Source: Phoronis australis
Lineage: Eukaryota > Animalia > Phoronida
Assembly: GCA_002633005.1 (NCBI GenBank)
Contig: NMRA01000484.1
Span: 266,738-330,737 of the forward strand
Length of the DNA: 64,000 nt
Reading direction: 5' to 3'
Shown here: one piece after another, positions 23,900 to 38,800 of the stretch
Numbering within the stretch: the first letter of the stretch is position 1
Layout: each line of letters starts with the position of its first letter
Translations under genes and position numbers: made by a program
Notes under the pieces: model-generated
Told to the model about the DNA's origin: nothing
What the model saw: the letters and a program-made list of their open reading frames with translations, nothing else
Databases searched by the model: none

Positions 23900-26800
23900 C
23901 TGAAATCGTACAATCATCCGGGTGTCAGGACAGGGACAAAAAGTGACATCACACATAACAACGAATCCACAATTTTGCTTATAAAGACACACCTGTCTCT
24001 GTTGTGATTCCCTGAAGATCAACACTTCAAGCAACTTTAAACAAATTTTTCATATTGCCCAATTCACGCTTGGTAGTTATTGATAGATTAGTGTTGAGCA
24101 ATGACACTTGTGACTTTTTAAAAGTATTCAAATTATTCATCTGCAAACCTGATTTGACCTTGCACAATTCTTTCAATGATTGATAGATTCATGTAGCTTC
24201 AAAACACTTGACCCAAATACCACCATACTTCTAAACGAACCCCGAAATCAACACATCGCCTGCAACTAAGATGGCTAACTTTTGACATAACAGCTTTCTG
24301 TTCCTATTGTACAAGGTAGAAAAACAATTTAGTTGCCAGCCTCACTTTAATTTATTCAAGTACAACAGACATTTGTAGTATCACACCACAGGTCACAATG
24401 TTCATATGGTGTCTGGTCCCTGGATTTAGGGGTTCTGTTACTTAACTGTTTCTCCCATGTATGTTGAACTTCCTTTTATAAATAGTTTGGCTGCTGGTAT
24501 TAAGCCACAATGCAGTCATGAATGACTAATACTACAGTCGTGAATCACTAACACTACAGTCGTGAATGACTAACACTGCAGCCGTGAATGACTAACACTA
24601 CAGTTGTGAATGACTAACACTACAGTCGTGAATGACTAACACTGCAGTCGTGAATGACTAACACTACAGTTGTGAATGACTAACACTGCAATCGTGAATG
24701 CCTAACACTATAGTCGTGAATGACTAACACTACAGTCGAGAATGACCAACACTGCAGTCATGAATGACTCACCTGTTTCAGTAGGGACATGCCTAGTCTT
24801 GGATGATGGCGCATAGAGGATCAGCAACAGGAATACATAGAGGTTCCACATTCCATATACACCTGGATAAAACAAATCACCATTAACAAATCCCTGCAAC
24901 TCGGCAATATACCTTTTTGTAGTCAGCAATGAACCTTTACTGTATTGAAATCTACCTTGTAAAATGCTCTTTTCACTTTGCAAAACATTCGTTCATACAT
25001 GCCTAGATTTCTCAACTCAGGAATATGCAACATCATTATCCATCTTAGCAAAAAGTTGGAAAATATCGCCATATAACCTATAGATAACACAGTGGCTCTA
25101 CAACATTGTGGTTAGTGTGGTGTGCTTAAAACACGGCACGATAAGATGAAGTTCAAAACAGCTGTCATCAAAATTGTGCTACAAAGGAGGTCCTTCACTA
25201 CGGAACATCACAACACAATGCAAGTTTCCAGTGTACAATGGGGTCTACAAGAACATGTCAAGCTTAAGCTAACACTAGGGAACGACTTGTCAGCAAACGT
25301 GTAAAAACAATCACAGAAAAACAGCAATAATGAAATACCTATAGCATGTAATAATGTTGGGGTTGATACGGACTGAAACACATTCAAACCACGTGCATAA
25401 AGATTGCATACATTGTCTAATTACAATGCCAATGGCACCGTGGAGTGGTGATATGCCCCCACCGTGTTCATCGCATACAGCACAGAAAGAATGGATGACC
25501 ATTATTTAAAAAATCCCCAGTTGCGCTCTCCTCACTAAGAACAAATATACCATACATCATGAAGATCTCTCAAGAAACACAGAGCAATCCGTCAAGGAAT
25601 TTTGGAGATATTTAGTCACGGGCAAAAGAAATTAAAGTGCCACAAGGGAGCACCACAGCACTAGAATCCATCCAAAGAATAGTGTAAGGTGTGCCATTGT
25701 TGGTAAGAGCATATATGCCAATTTTGATAATGATCTTTCAAGTAATTTTGCCAAAACACAGAATCAGAAATTATAGGGTGGCTTGGAATATGTCCAATTC
25801 ATCCTGTAATGGAAAGACAGCACTGTCTCTTTAACGGTAACCAGTTTGCCAAACTTCTTGAAAGTCGTGAGGGAACATCACAGATATGTTGGAAAAATGT
25901 AAAAACTAAAACTGTCACTATGACGTACAACGGCAGTCAGAATCATTCGAGAGTCGTCTTCATACATTGTAAAGTTTACAGAAATACACTTGCCAAATAC
26001 CACAAAGATCCTGCACGGGGACTCAAAAGTTACAGCCACAGATGCAAAAAACAAAACTGCCACCAGAGGCACTAGAGTAGTCAGAGTGTCCAGAAAATTA
26101 CGGTTAGCCAAACTCCTCTCGGAATCTTCCAATTTTCAAAATGATTCTTTGGGCAGTTTTGCAGATAGAGGTGGATGCCAAAACAGACCCATCCAAAAAC
26201 GAAAAAGCAATAACTATTTGTCACATTTCATGAAAATCTATCAAGAGACTGAAGATACAGAGGCAAATATAAGCAACTAAAATTGCCATCAGATGGCACA
26301 AGAGTAGTTGGAACCTTCCAAATGTTCAAAAGTTGTTGCATGCCAAAAAGATTCTAGGAAATGCAGCTGCATATGAACAGATGCCGGACAGAGATAACAG
26401 AAATATATGACCACATAAAGATAAGTGGGAGCACAACTAAAAATTTGTCACTCTTCTGCTTTTACCCTAAAGCAGACTTGAATGGACTAGTGTGTTGTGT
26501 GTCGGCCTACCTGTTAAGAATGCACTGGTGTAATTGAGAGACTGGTAGCCTTCGTGATGCATCCTCCATTCACTCTCACTGATCTCGCTGACGATGTAGA
26601 AACACACTGTCATGGCCGAACAGAGCACTGTGAGCACCATAAGGAAGTAGAACCGATACATTAAGCCCTGTAACAGAGAATAGATAGCTAATGATACAAG
26701 ATATCATGGCAGACACTTAGCTATAACACTTTACAGGTCCAGGAGCAGAGAATAGATGAAGAATGATACACGATATCACATCAGCCAGTTGGTCATAATA

Positions 26801-29800
26801 CTCCATAGGCCTGGGAGTAGAGCATAAATGAGGAGTGATACATGATATCATAACAGACAGCAGGTCATTACACTCCACAGGTCCTACATTGAAGAAGATA
26901 TGACTCATTATACTGGATATCATAGCAGACACCACTTCTAACACGAGCACTACACCATGGTATTAAGCTGTATGAATCACTTTTTATACCGAAAAAAAAT
27001 TTATAAACACCTTTAGTTAGAAGCGCCAAATTTAAAGCATCTACCTGGTAGAACCTTTTCCTAGCCGAGGTCATGTTGGGCAAAGCAGATCTCTTGGCAC
27101 AGATGTTCCGAAAGACACGGACAATCATGTATAGGAGGAAGAGGAAGTAGGCTACACCGGCGACACCAGCAAGACCAATGAACGTGTACTGACTAGGTTA
27201 GGGAGAGAAACTCTTAGGTAGGACACATTTTGTCGATATTGCATAGGTTGTTTTGTAGACTCCCCAAAAATCCTTGCAAAGGTNAATGTGTAAAAACAAT
27301 CACAGAAAAACAGCAATAATGAAATACCTATAGCATGTAATAATGTTGGTGTTGATACGGACTGAAACACATTCAAACCACGTGCATAAAGATTGCATAC
27401 ATTGTCTAATTACAATGCCAATGGCACTGTGGAGCGGTGGTATGCCCCCACCATGTTCATCACATACAGCACAGAAAGAAGGGATTACCATTATTTAAAA
27501 AATCCCCAGTTGCGCTCTCCTCACTGAGAACAAATATACCATACATCATGAAGATCTCTCAAGAAACACAGAGCAATCCACCAAGGAATTTTGGAGATAT
27601 TTAGTCACAAGGGAGCACCACAGTGTAAGGTGTGCCCTTGTTGGTAAGAGCATATGCCAACTTTGATAATGATCCTTCAAGTAATTTTGCCAAAACACAG
27701 AATCAGAAATTATAGGGTGGCTTGGAATATGTCCAATTCATACTGTAATGGAAAGACAGCACTGTCTCTTTAACGATAACCAGTTTGCCAAACTTCTTGA
27801 AAGTCGTGAGGGAACTTAACAGATACGTTGGAAAAATGTAAAAACTAAAACTGTCACTATGACGTACAACGGCAGTCAGAATCATCCGAGAGTCGTCTTC
27901 ATACATTGTAAAGTTTACAGAAATACACTTGCCAAATACCACAAAGATCCTGCACGGGACTCAAAAGTTACTGTACAGCCACAGATGCAAAAAACATAAC
28001 TGCCACCAGGGGCACTAGAGTAGTCAGAGCGTCCAGAAAATTACAGTTAGCCAAACTCTTCTCGGAATCTGCCAATTTTCAAAATGATTCTTTGGGCAGT
28101 TTTGCAGATAGAGGTTGATGCCAAAACAGACCCATCCAAAAACGGAAAAGCGATAACTGTTTGTCGTATTTCATGAAAATCCGTCAACAGACTGATGATA
28201 CAAAGGCAAATATAAGTAACTAAAATTGCCAACACATGGCACAAGAGTAGTTGGAACCTTCCAAATGTTCAAAAGTTGTTGCATCTCTTGTAACACAGAT
28301 AACAATACACAGCAAAATTTCACAACAATTTTGCATGCCAAAAAGATTCTAGGAAATGCAGCTGCACATGAACGGACGCCGGACAGAGATAACAGAAATA
28401 TATGACCACATAAAGATAAGTGGGAGCACAACTAAAAATTTGTCACTCTTCTGCTTTTACCCTAAAGCAGACGTGAATGGACTAGTGTGTTGTGTGTCAG
28501 CCTACCTGTTAAGAATGCACTGGTGTAATTGAGAGACTGGTAGCCTTCGTGATGCATCCTCCATTCACTCTCACTGATCTCGCTGACGATGTAGAAACAC
28601 ACTGTCATGGCCGAACAGAGCACTGTGAGCACCATAAGGAAGTAGAACCGATACATTAGGCCCTGTAACAGAGAATAGATAGCTAATGATACAAGATATC
28701 ATGGCAGACACCTAGCCATAACACTTTACAGGTCTAGGAGCAGAGAATAGATGAAGAATGATACAGGATATCACATCAGCCAGTTGGTCATTATACTCCA
28801 TAGGCCCGGGAGTAGAGCATAAATGAGGAGTGCTACATGATATCACAACAGACAGCAGGTCATTACACTCCACAGGTCCTACATTGAAGAAGATATGACT
28901 CATGATACTGGATATCATAACAGACACCACTTCTAAAACGAGCACTACACCATGGTATTAAGCTGTATGAATCACTTTTTATACCAAAAACAAATTTATA
29001 AACACCTTTTTGTTAGAAGCGCCAAATTTAAAGCATCTACCTGGTAGAACCTTTTCCTGGCCGAGGTCATGTTGGGCAAAGCAGATCTCTTGGCACAGAT
29101 GTTCCGGAAGACACGGACAATCATGTATAGGAGGAAGAGGAAGTAGGCTACACCGGCGACACCAGCAAGACCAATGAACGTATACTGACTAGGTTAGGGA
29201 GAGAAACTCTTAGGTAGGACACATTTTGTCGATATTGCATAGGTTGTTTTGTAGACTCCCCAAAAATCCTTGCAAAGGTATCTGTGAGCATTTTTTAGTC
29301 AGAAACAACCCCACCAATGAATCAATTGGTTTAATTTATGCTGTTCTGACAATACGTAAATCAGCATTTGTTGAGTTATAAATGCTCACTCAAAATTTTA
29401 TCCATTAAACGACATCATATTACCAGAACATTTGAACGTCATGGTTACATCCATACAACTGCTTTTCAAGAGAAATAAGTTTTGTGCACTAACAGTTGTA
29501 ATATGTCTTCAAGAAGACGTGCACACAAACATGTAATGGAATGGGCCGCACAGATGCAAGCGTGAAGCTAAAGGATACCGCCAGCTTGGTAGATGTCTCA
29601 GACGCCCAGATGCTGTAGAAAGGGTTGTACAACTGCACTCCCCTGGAAAAGAACGGCATTTTGGCACTGGAGTAACTTGACAGGGACGAGCTGGTGCCAC
29701 AGTGGTCAGGCATTGCTTTCGTGCTACGACTGGGAATTAGACCTCAACTGAGAGGGCAAAACGACCATTCACAAAGACTTCCAGTTTGATGTGTTGGGTA

Positions 29801-32800
29801 GTTAGGTTAAAATTAACATGCAAAAGAACGGAATGCATGAAAGCCGACAACTTTCAAGGAATATTTCAGCATCAGACACCATTATTGTACTATTTGAGTT
29901 ACAAATTAAGAAATATAATTCATCTAATCATATATTCCGGCAACAAATCGATCGACAATCATTTGCAGCAAACAAATTATCAGTAAAATGGATCTGCAGC
30001 ATAATTCAGAGAAAAGTAAGTCAATTCCCATAATTCTTATGGTATTCATCACTTTTAAATAGTAAAATGGAAACTGACGATTGAGAAAACGGAAAAAAAA
30101 CATATTTTTATGTTTGCCGAGACAGATTTCCTTATTTTCAAAAATGGAAAACTAGCGTTTCTACTCGATTTTCTGCTTGCTCAGATCAAGTTTGGACCTG
30201 AAACCGTCAGAAGGCAAAATATGTTTAACATAAACAGTAACACATAAAAACTTACCTTTCGCATAGTTCAAATATGAACATACAAATACACCCAAACGCT
30301 ACAGCACACAGATGTCTCCAGTAGTACACGAATCTGTTCCTTTCATGGTCATCCTGCAAACACAAAGTGGCACTGACAGAGAAAAGGATTATGAAGTCTA
30401 TTATCAAGCTTAAACACTTACTTTAGTTTAATTTTATAATAAACCTGTATTTTATTCTGGTTAGCTGGCTAAAAACAAAAATCAAATTATGCCTTTTACT
30501 CTCATAAAATCGATCTCATAACATTCCTTACATAGACAGGATTCTAATTGCATTACCAAAAAGAATATCAAAACCGCAAGCAGCTCAAGAAAACACTTTA
30601 GAGTTCATTGCAGGTGGTAGACCCAAAACTTACAAATTTGAAAATGGCACATTGCATGTGACTTAAGTTACTGGTTCATTCCGCTAAAATCAAGATCAGA
30701 CGAATGTGTTTCTAAACTCCAAAGCGCTTTGGTTAAGAATTCAACAGAGTTGAAATGCAGTTTCCACACTAACGAAAGAGAAAGTTAGATCAAAGCTGCT
30801 GAATGGGTCCGGGCCCGGTCCGGCTGGGTGACATCTAAAAGAATTCACACGGCTGGGTCCCACCCCACAAACCTGAGACGAGGAATTTTACCTTCTCCAA
30901 AAATTACCTTCTCAGAAGGTAGCAGCACCTCTCCCCACAGGTGAAGAAGAGCCCTGATTATTGTTGATTAAAATACAACAACTTCAAGGTCATCTGTTTG
31001 CCCCTGGATGCTCATTTTAATAATCCAAAATCAACTTAAACACCAGCTGTCTGTTTCATGAAACTGATCTATTACCTAAGATGGAATCACAATTACTGAT
31101 AAAAAGTTTAGCCAAGTTTATTAAGAGCGGGTCACAACCTACAAATAATTGATGCAAATTATCTCAATTGGCATTATGCGTATATTCTCTGAGACTTTGC
31201 ACTTAACTGAAATTTAATCATTTTTCTGAAATAACTGTTGGGAGTGTAAGACCAAATTTCTGACTTAAATTTTAACTTGCTTATCATGAAGAAGAAATCA
31301 GTGTTGCCCTTATATACAAACCATCAAGTGTTCACCAGTGAAGATAATCCAGAAAGACATGAGGACGGTGTAGAAGACTCCTTGTCTAATGTCAGTCAGT
31401 AACAACATGAACGGCATGTCAAACCAAAGGGTGAACCACTCAACAGGAACTGAAGTAGATGACAGTGATATGAGCACCAAGTACAGTAATTCTCCACATA
31501 TTTCACACAAAAACAATTAACTGAATTATCATTTTTATATTTTTCAAAGGCCGATTACTTGGCTACAAATAGTGGACTTTACCAAATAAATATTATTTTG
31601 GCACATCTAAACAGTACAAAAAAATGCTATTAAAGTCAGATAATGTATTATTCCATTTAAGTTAAGTGTCTTTCAAGAGATGAAAACACAGTATTTATAT
31701 AAGACATGGATATAGATTATGTATGGTAATTCTCCAATTGTTTCACTCAAAAATAATTGTCAAAATTGTGATTTTTACATTTTTCAAAGGCTGATTACTT
31801 TACTGCTAATACAAAAACATTACTAAATGTTGTTTCATGATCAACTCTAAACAGTAGAAACATTATACTAATAGACTAAATTTCGGTTATCTTTATTTTT
31901 GTGGAGAAATATGCCTAACTAGACTTTCACTTGTTGGCCATATTATACATGATGACCTGACTGACGTCAGTCACTAGTACCATGTACAGCACATTAAACT
32001 ACAAGGTGAATCAGTCAACAGCAATACAATAAATAGTGACCATGGTTTATCATCTCTGGCCGTCAACATAGCTGAAAGTCAACCTGCTGATCAAAAATTA
32101 CACAGATATACGCCATTTTCTAGCTTTGAGTAGCTAAGTTTCCGTATATTTGTGAACTAGAATGGCCATAAAATGTGCCTACATTATCAATATAGTTAGC
32201 AGAATACTCACAATTCAAAAATGACATAGAAAGACCAAGACCAATCAGCATTCTGAAAAAGAGCATGAAATTATAATTAACATATAACTCATGTAGCTTG
32301 CACCTGTTAAAGAGTCCACAACCCATTTTAACATTACTGTCTGCATGACTTGTTTGCCAGCACTTGCAACATGTTTGAATGGGTTGCGACTTGGGTGAAA
32401 AATAGCAACAGGTTCGGAAAAAAGGTGTCGTCATGGTTAACAATGTCTTTACTGGTTCAAATTATGAAAAAATCTGATCAATTTAGGAAAAAAATAATTG
32501 GCAAAATTGACTATTTCATGTTTTCAAAAGTTTCGAAGATGGCAATTTCAGAAATCATAATCCGACAGAAGTTATGATACAGAACATTAACGATGTTTAT
32601 GCATTTCTTTTGCATTTCCCTCTTTTACGAAAAACACCAAAAAATTAATATTCACTCATCCGTCATATTTTGTCATAAGGTTGTGGAATGAAAATGGATG
32701 TTTATTAGTACAACTAAAAGTTCACTTGTCTCAGTGCAGAGAACGCCACCTGTGGCCAAGCACCCCCGACAAGTTACTTGGCATATCCCATGCTCCAGAC

Positions 32801-35800
32801 ATATTTGGATCTTCAGTTGTGGAGAGCACTGCATTACATTAACCAAATCTACACTATAGCATCAGTAAAATTGAAACCAACAGTACCATACCTCGATGAA
32901 CACCGAAATATATTGCTGGAGGATAAGTAAACTATTCTTGTCTCCTTTAATGTGTAAATAATACTGTGGTGAGGAGAGGTGTTGCTTACCAATTCAGAGA
33001 CAGTACTCTAACTCTTCTCGTTTCAAATGTGCCCATATTTTCACTGCTGTATGTGTAATTATTATGAGAAATAAAATATTTTTTAAATACTAAAAACAAT
33101 ATCTGCAGTGAACCGTGGTCCACCGTAGTTCACTACTGCAGCAGTTTCCAACAGTTACAATCAGCCACGGAGGGCAATGTATACAGTAGCGATACCGCAG
33201 TAAAATTTTAGTATCACTCTCATGACCATAGAATCGCCACAAACCACCCTGCAGGCTATCGTGGTGAACTGTAGCCACATGGGATGAAAATCAACGCCGT
33301 GAGCAGTTCTGTGACAGAGTAACTTGGGCACAAAGCTCATAACCTTACTTCTCCAGTACACTGGCAGGCCTGTTGGATGTTTTCACCCGTCTCCAGAACC
33401 AGATGACCACAGGCAGCAACAGCGGGAACACTATAGACTTGATGGTGAACCAGACTTTAGTGAAACCACCGTTCTGAGAGATGGCCTTAAAAACAACAAC
33501 AGAATGAAGGTTAAGAGTACAAGAATGAGCGTACTACGTTTACTATACACACCACCAGTCTTACCCGCGTTGATGCCAGGGGTGCATTCCAACATCAGGA
33601 AATTAAATGTTAATTCAGGAGGATAACATTAAGTTGAGCATAGGCGTTTAAAAACAAACTTTTTGAAAAGTCGGGAGTGGGCGTCTACCCGAGTAGTCAA
33701 TTTGGGTTAACCCCGAGAGCTGCATTTACGTAAACTTCATCAATAGGGATGCTCAATAAGAATTAGACCACCACCGTGATACTAATGAAACAGATAATTA
33801 CAAAGATATTATTCAGAATCTCAGACTAAGTAAATGCTTTATGAAATTAACAAAAATTGAGTTTGCACAAAAGTAGATTAGAAAATGCTAAAATAAGTTT
33901 GAGTTCCATTTTGAGTAAAAAGATTAGACCAGGGTCCAAAACCACATTATGATGCTTTTTTGGCACAAGTGGTCTACATCAAAAGAAAGTTTTTAACAGT
34001 AGGCAGGTTCACATCAACTTTGACCTACCACAAACCAGATGTCCTTAAGGTCACCAATCCTGATGTTGTGGCCCTTCTCGTAGTTGGGCGGGAGACGTAT
34101 GTTCAGTAAATAGTAGTCGTGGTGACAGCTGCCCAACTCAAACAGTGGCATGATCGGACAGTCGTAATGTTCCCCGCTGTGTTGCTCATCCTATAACACC
34201 CAACATTTGTCATGTTCACTGCTATGTTTCTCATCCTATAATACCCAACAGTCATAATGTTTGTCGCAGTGTTTCTCATCCTATAACACCCAAAAGTCGT
34301 AATATTCACAGCTATGTTTCTCATCCTATGAAACCCAACAGTCGTAATGTTCACCGTTATGTTTCTCATCCTATAACACCCAACAGTCATAATTTTCACC
34401 GCAGTGTTTTTCATCCCACAACACCCAAAAGTCGTAATATTCACCGCTATGTTTCTCATCCTATGACACTCCACAGTCGTAATGTTCACTGCTCTGTTTC
34501 TCATCCTGTAACACCCAACAGTTGTAATGTATGGCAGAACTAGTTGACACTCAGTTTCAAACAGACTACATATAACTGTTGAAAATTACTGCCCACCACT
34601 ACTACCCCTCCCCTCCAAAGATGACCGGACAATGATGCCACCATGTGTCAAACATTTCAGGAATGTTGCAAATATTTTTCCTTCACAAACTTGTCCTTCA
34701 ACAACAAAGAATCACTCTTTGGCAGACTCCATGGAATGTTGCAATGTGTTTACGCACAAAGGAGGGTACACTGGACAGAAGTTCTCAAAAAAGTCTTAAA
34801 TTAAGCACTTCTCGAAAAAAAAATGATAACTTAAAGAACTTTACTGAAGTGGAGTGAGTGGATTTAAGCAAAAAAAAACACATGCTGACAACAAAAAAGA
34901 GACTTTTTCGTCGAAAACAGCACTAATTTCAAAATCTCTTCCTATCGAAAATCGGAAAAATTTAGCGCTACAGTAAAATCTCAATAATTTCATACAATAA
35001 TGCTAATACTAATAATAATAGGGTCGGAAAGTGATGACATCATATCCCTAGCAACACCTCTAAATTGGAGGCGATTAATGTGGCCGTGAACTATTCCTTT
35101 GCAATAACATATTTGTTGAAACCGGCAAAATTCAATAAATGTAACTTTTTAAAATCTGAAGCTCACGCCACAGGATCTGTGTACCACACGTATTAACCAC
35201 ATGCGTTCTAAAGCAGAGTTGAACTGGTGATTTTCCAGTTACAACCTGTTTACTTAATGCAACTTCCCATAGAGAAGTGGCAAGGTTACAGCCAAGATGG
35301 TGGGATGTCCTAGGTGAACCCAGTAAAAAGACATCACACTTTCCGTCCCTATTGCCAAATTTTTCACTTTCCAAAGGCATTGTGGTGAATGACCACCACT
35401 CCTCAACACTCTGTTCAATGGCAGCTGCAGCATAGCACTTTAAAATAGCATAGCATTTATTTGACACGTGTTATCTTTCATGGAAAAATCAAACTTTCTT
35501 TATCTGCCTTACTGTGCCTTGGATAGGTGAGATTTTAAGACATCCTGTTGCATCTGGAGTTCATCAGGCTTATTGCCAAATTTTTGATTAAGCAAAGCAA
35601 ATTTCGACAACCCTTTTGGAAAACTAAATGTCCATGAACTCACATGGATGATACTGGTCAGATTACAGTTGAGTTTCCTGACCTCCGTCGAGCTAGCCAG
35701 CATTGTCCACTTGTCTTCCTCATCGCCTTTATTGCGATAGCCAATCTGAGTCACAAGTTCTATGGTCGAGTTGGGAACTGAAAACAGAGGCAAGAGGTCA

Positions 35801-38800
35801 CGTTGAACAGTCGGTACGTGACACTTATGTGATGACCTACCATTCATATGTGACATGATCAATCCTTCGTATAGTGAGCGTCCAAACAGACACACTGGCT
35901 CAAATTTAGACACCCGAGCTGGGACGCCCTGTTCAGCATTTGGAGACCCAAGTAAAGTAAACAAGAAAACATTGGTGTCGCTTTTAATTTGCTAACAACA
36001 GCTCAGGAAGATTATCGACATGTCCAGGTACAAAAGTTAGACATGATGATACAGAACAATTTTACATTTTTTTGCAGACCCATGTCTCCACAAGAACACT
36101 ATAACAGCAATTTGACTAAGGCCTGGAGACATACCAAAGCAGTTATCAATGTTCTGAGACAACTGAAAACCCCATTTTGGACACTTTATTTCTGAAATCC
36201 TGGATATACCCCGAGATTAGATGGTGAGTTTATTATTACAGACCCACACACTCAAAACTGATTCAGAAACTGGACAACTAGTAGTCAGTTGTCTAAAACT
36301 ATGTCTGAAACATAATTTTAGCTTGGCACCTTAGAATAACACACCAGGTGGTAAAAATAACCCAGTTTTAGATATTTATAACATGATGTTAATACCGTAA
36401 CTGAAATAAATAGTTCAAATTTACTGCAAGGCGAGACAATAACCCATATCAGACTGCAGACAATTTACGTTGTGTGGCAAATGAATCTTCAAAGTTACCT
36501 GTCCCACTGGTAAGTTAATCTAAGCACTTGTGTTCAATAAGGCAATCAATAACTCATCAGAACTTGATCGTCCTGCTCTGTTTTACATATTAATCAGAAT
36601 TTGGAAACTGGCATATAAAAATTAAGTTCATCTAAATAACATGAAATGGGAAATTGAGATAAACTCAAACACACTTAGATGCTCTAAAGACAATTAATAT
36701 CTTTGATAATTTAGTTGTTTATTACAAACACAGAGAGAATGCATACCACTAGGTTCACATACAAAGCACTGCGTATTTTTATGTTTCCAAACATTTGAAC
36801 CAATAACGACATATCATAAATTACTGTAAGTAAATGCATTTCACCGACAACTTACTGACTGCAAGTCCAGTTCAGCCAATCGAATTACAAATGACTCGTG
36901 ACCAGTGGTGATTAAGATTTACAGCCGATCTTCCACGTGCTAGACGAATTTTCACCACGGAAAATTCTTACATAGAGGGGAAGTTATTTCTTACAAAAAC
37001 TAATGAATAATCTACCAGGCCGGCAAGGCAAAAATGATGATTATCCTAAAACATTTAAAGTTATGAGAAATACACAAAGCATTCAAAATAACCACGCCAT
37101 TAATTTTGCATTTTTGTCGTAAATGAACATGACAACCAAGCCTCCATGTCTAGTAGAATTATCGATCCAGCCCATAAGTGTTGAGACATGGGATACGAAG
37201 GTAAACACAGACAAGCTTGAGATTAGAAAATAATTTCATCATATTTTTGTTGCCATGGAAAGCCAAAGACAAAAAAACAAACAAAAACTAATCAAAGTCA
37301 TAAATTACCTGAATGTATACTAGCAATTTAACATCACCATGTAAAAATTTCAAGTGCAAATATTATCACTACTACTCTAAACATTGCATCACAACCTTTG
37401 CAACACTTTCATAGCTACGGAAATGGCAAAATGAATGTTAAACATGAATGACAAACTGTTCTCTAGTGCTAGATAAAACTGTCTCAAGCTTTGAATGACC
37501 CAAAAAGAAAAATGCTCCCATTATAATAATCTGAAAATTTCATATTTTGTTAAAAAATTTGATCTGGCAAGGTTTGTAAAATTAATAAAGTTATGATTTA
37601 TTTTTTCTTTACTTCAAATGACAAAGTCATTGCATGGTGGGTGAATAAAATCAATTGCTCTGTCTCCAGGATAACATTCAGAGAATGAAATGACTATGTG
37701 AGTGCTGATCCACGTAAGTAGCTATTTACACCACACTCTCGAAAACTGCGACAACAAGGAAGCAAGTTATTGACAGGAAATGAAAACAGAGTGCATGCTC
37801 AGTCTTACAATGGCACAAAAATGAATACCCATGCACAGCTGTGCATGTGCAATTATTGAGATGGTGACTACTATCTTTGCAGTGTTTTGGGTTTATATGT
37901 CAGGGCTCGATTTGTGACCTCAAATTGGTGATCTAGTAAAAATCTCAGGTTGCCACGAAGTTGCCTCGTCATAACTGAGCAAGCACTCAAAATACTACAG
38001 GAAATAAATACGGAAGTCGGAATCGTTAAGCAAAAATTGGACGGGCCGAATCATGATTGACCGCTTAGGAGGTGAACCTGTGCACAAGATATTAAGCCTG
38101 AAAGGGAGGAATCAGTTGTCACCAAACACGCGAGACGCTCGAGTTATTTTCCATTCTCCTAATAGTGTGGGTGATCTTGGTGAGGCTTTTCACTTCAAAA
38201 ATGTTATTGATTTCAGCTCTTACCAAAGAGGTTTGGCGAACTCAGTTCCCATTCGTCGACCTTGGAATTTTATCAGGTCACATTTCCCGAACTGACCTTA
38301 TGCAAACGGTCGAGCCCCGAGTTGACAACGTGTGTCTTTTTCCTCTGCTTCTGCCTCTGTTTATAGAGCTCTATAGTTGCACCACGTTAGACTGAGCCAT
38401 GTCAACAGTGTGTAAATGTGACTTAAGCTACAAGTTTTTGTATTGTAGCATATATGTACAGAATAAGCAAGTCTTGAAAAGGCCTTCAAGAAATCTGATG
38501 TTAAAAACCTTGTTCGATACACTACCTATCATATCGTACTCTCTTTCCTTGTTGTAGGCGATGTCTAGAGTGATGACTCCAATGATGTTTTGAAACCATC
38601 TTGACATATCCAACTGGTGACCTTCCTTAGGCAAAGGGAACTGGAATGCAAACACCACCATGTCTGCATGTATGCCTTTCTCTTGGATCTTGGGGTCTTG
38701 GAACGAGTCAACCTTCTCACAACGGCCTTTATAAAGTGGCCAGAAGAAGCGGGACACGTCTTCTTGTGGGTGGTAGTTGATGCATTTTGTACCCAGCACC

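Larger units (their letters stand above)
25296..29279. repeat. ~2-kb tandem duplication (25296-27283 / 27285-29279) containing Wntless exons 10-11, joined at an N
   Basis: Near-identical copies with scattered substitutions and indels; the junction is exactly the single N at 27284. Confidence 0.9.

Noticed and set aside
24513-24772. Short regular repeats resembling a CRISPR array
   Set aside because: Units are head-to-tail with no unique spacers, there are no cas genes, and the context is a eukaryotic intron.
34103-34504. 133-aa repetitive ORF ([15 protein letters not shown])n
   Set aside because: Alternative-frame read of the 45-bp minisatellite; the coding frame here is Wntless exon 4.
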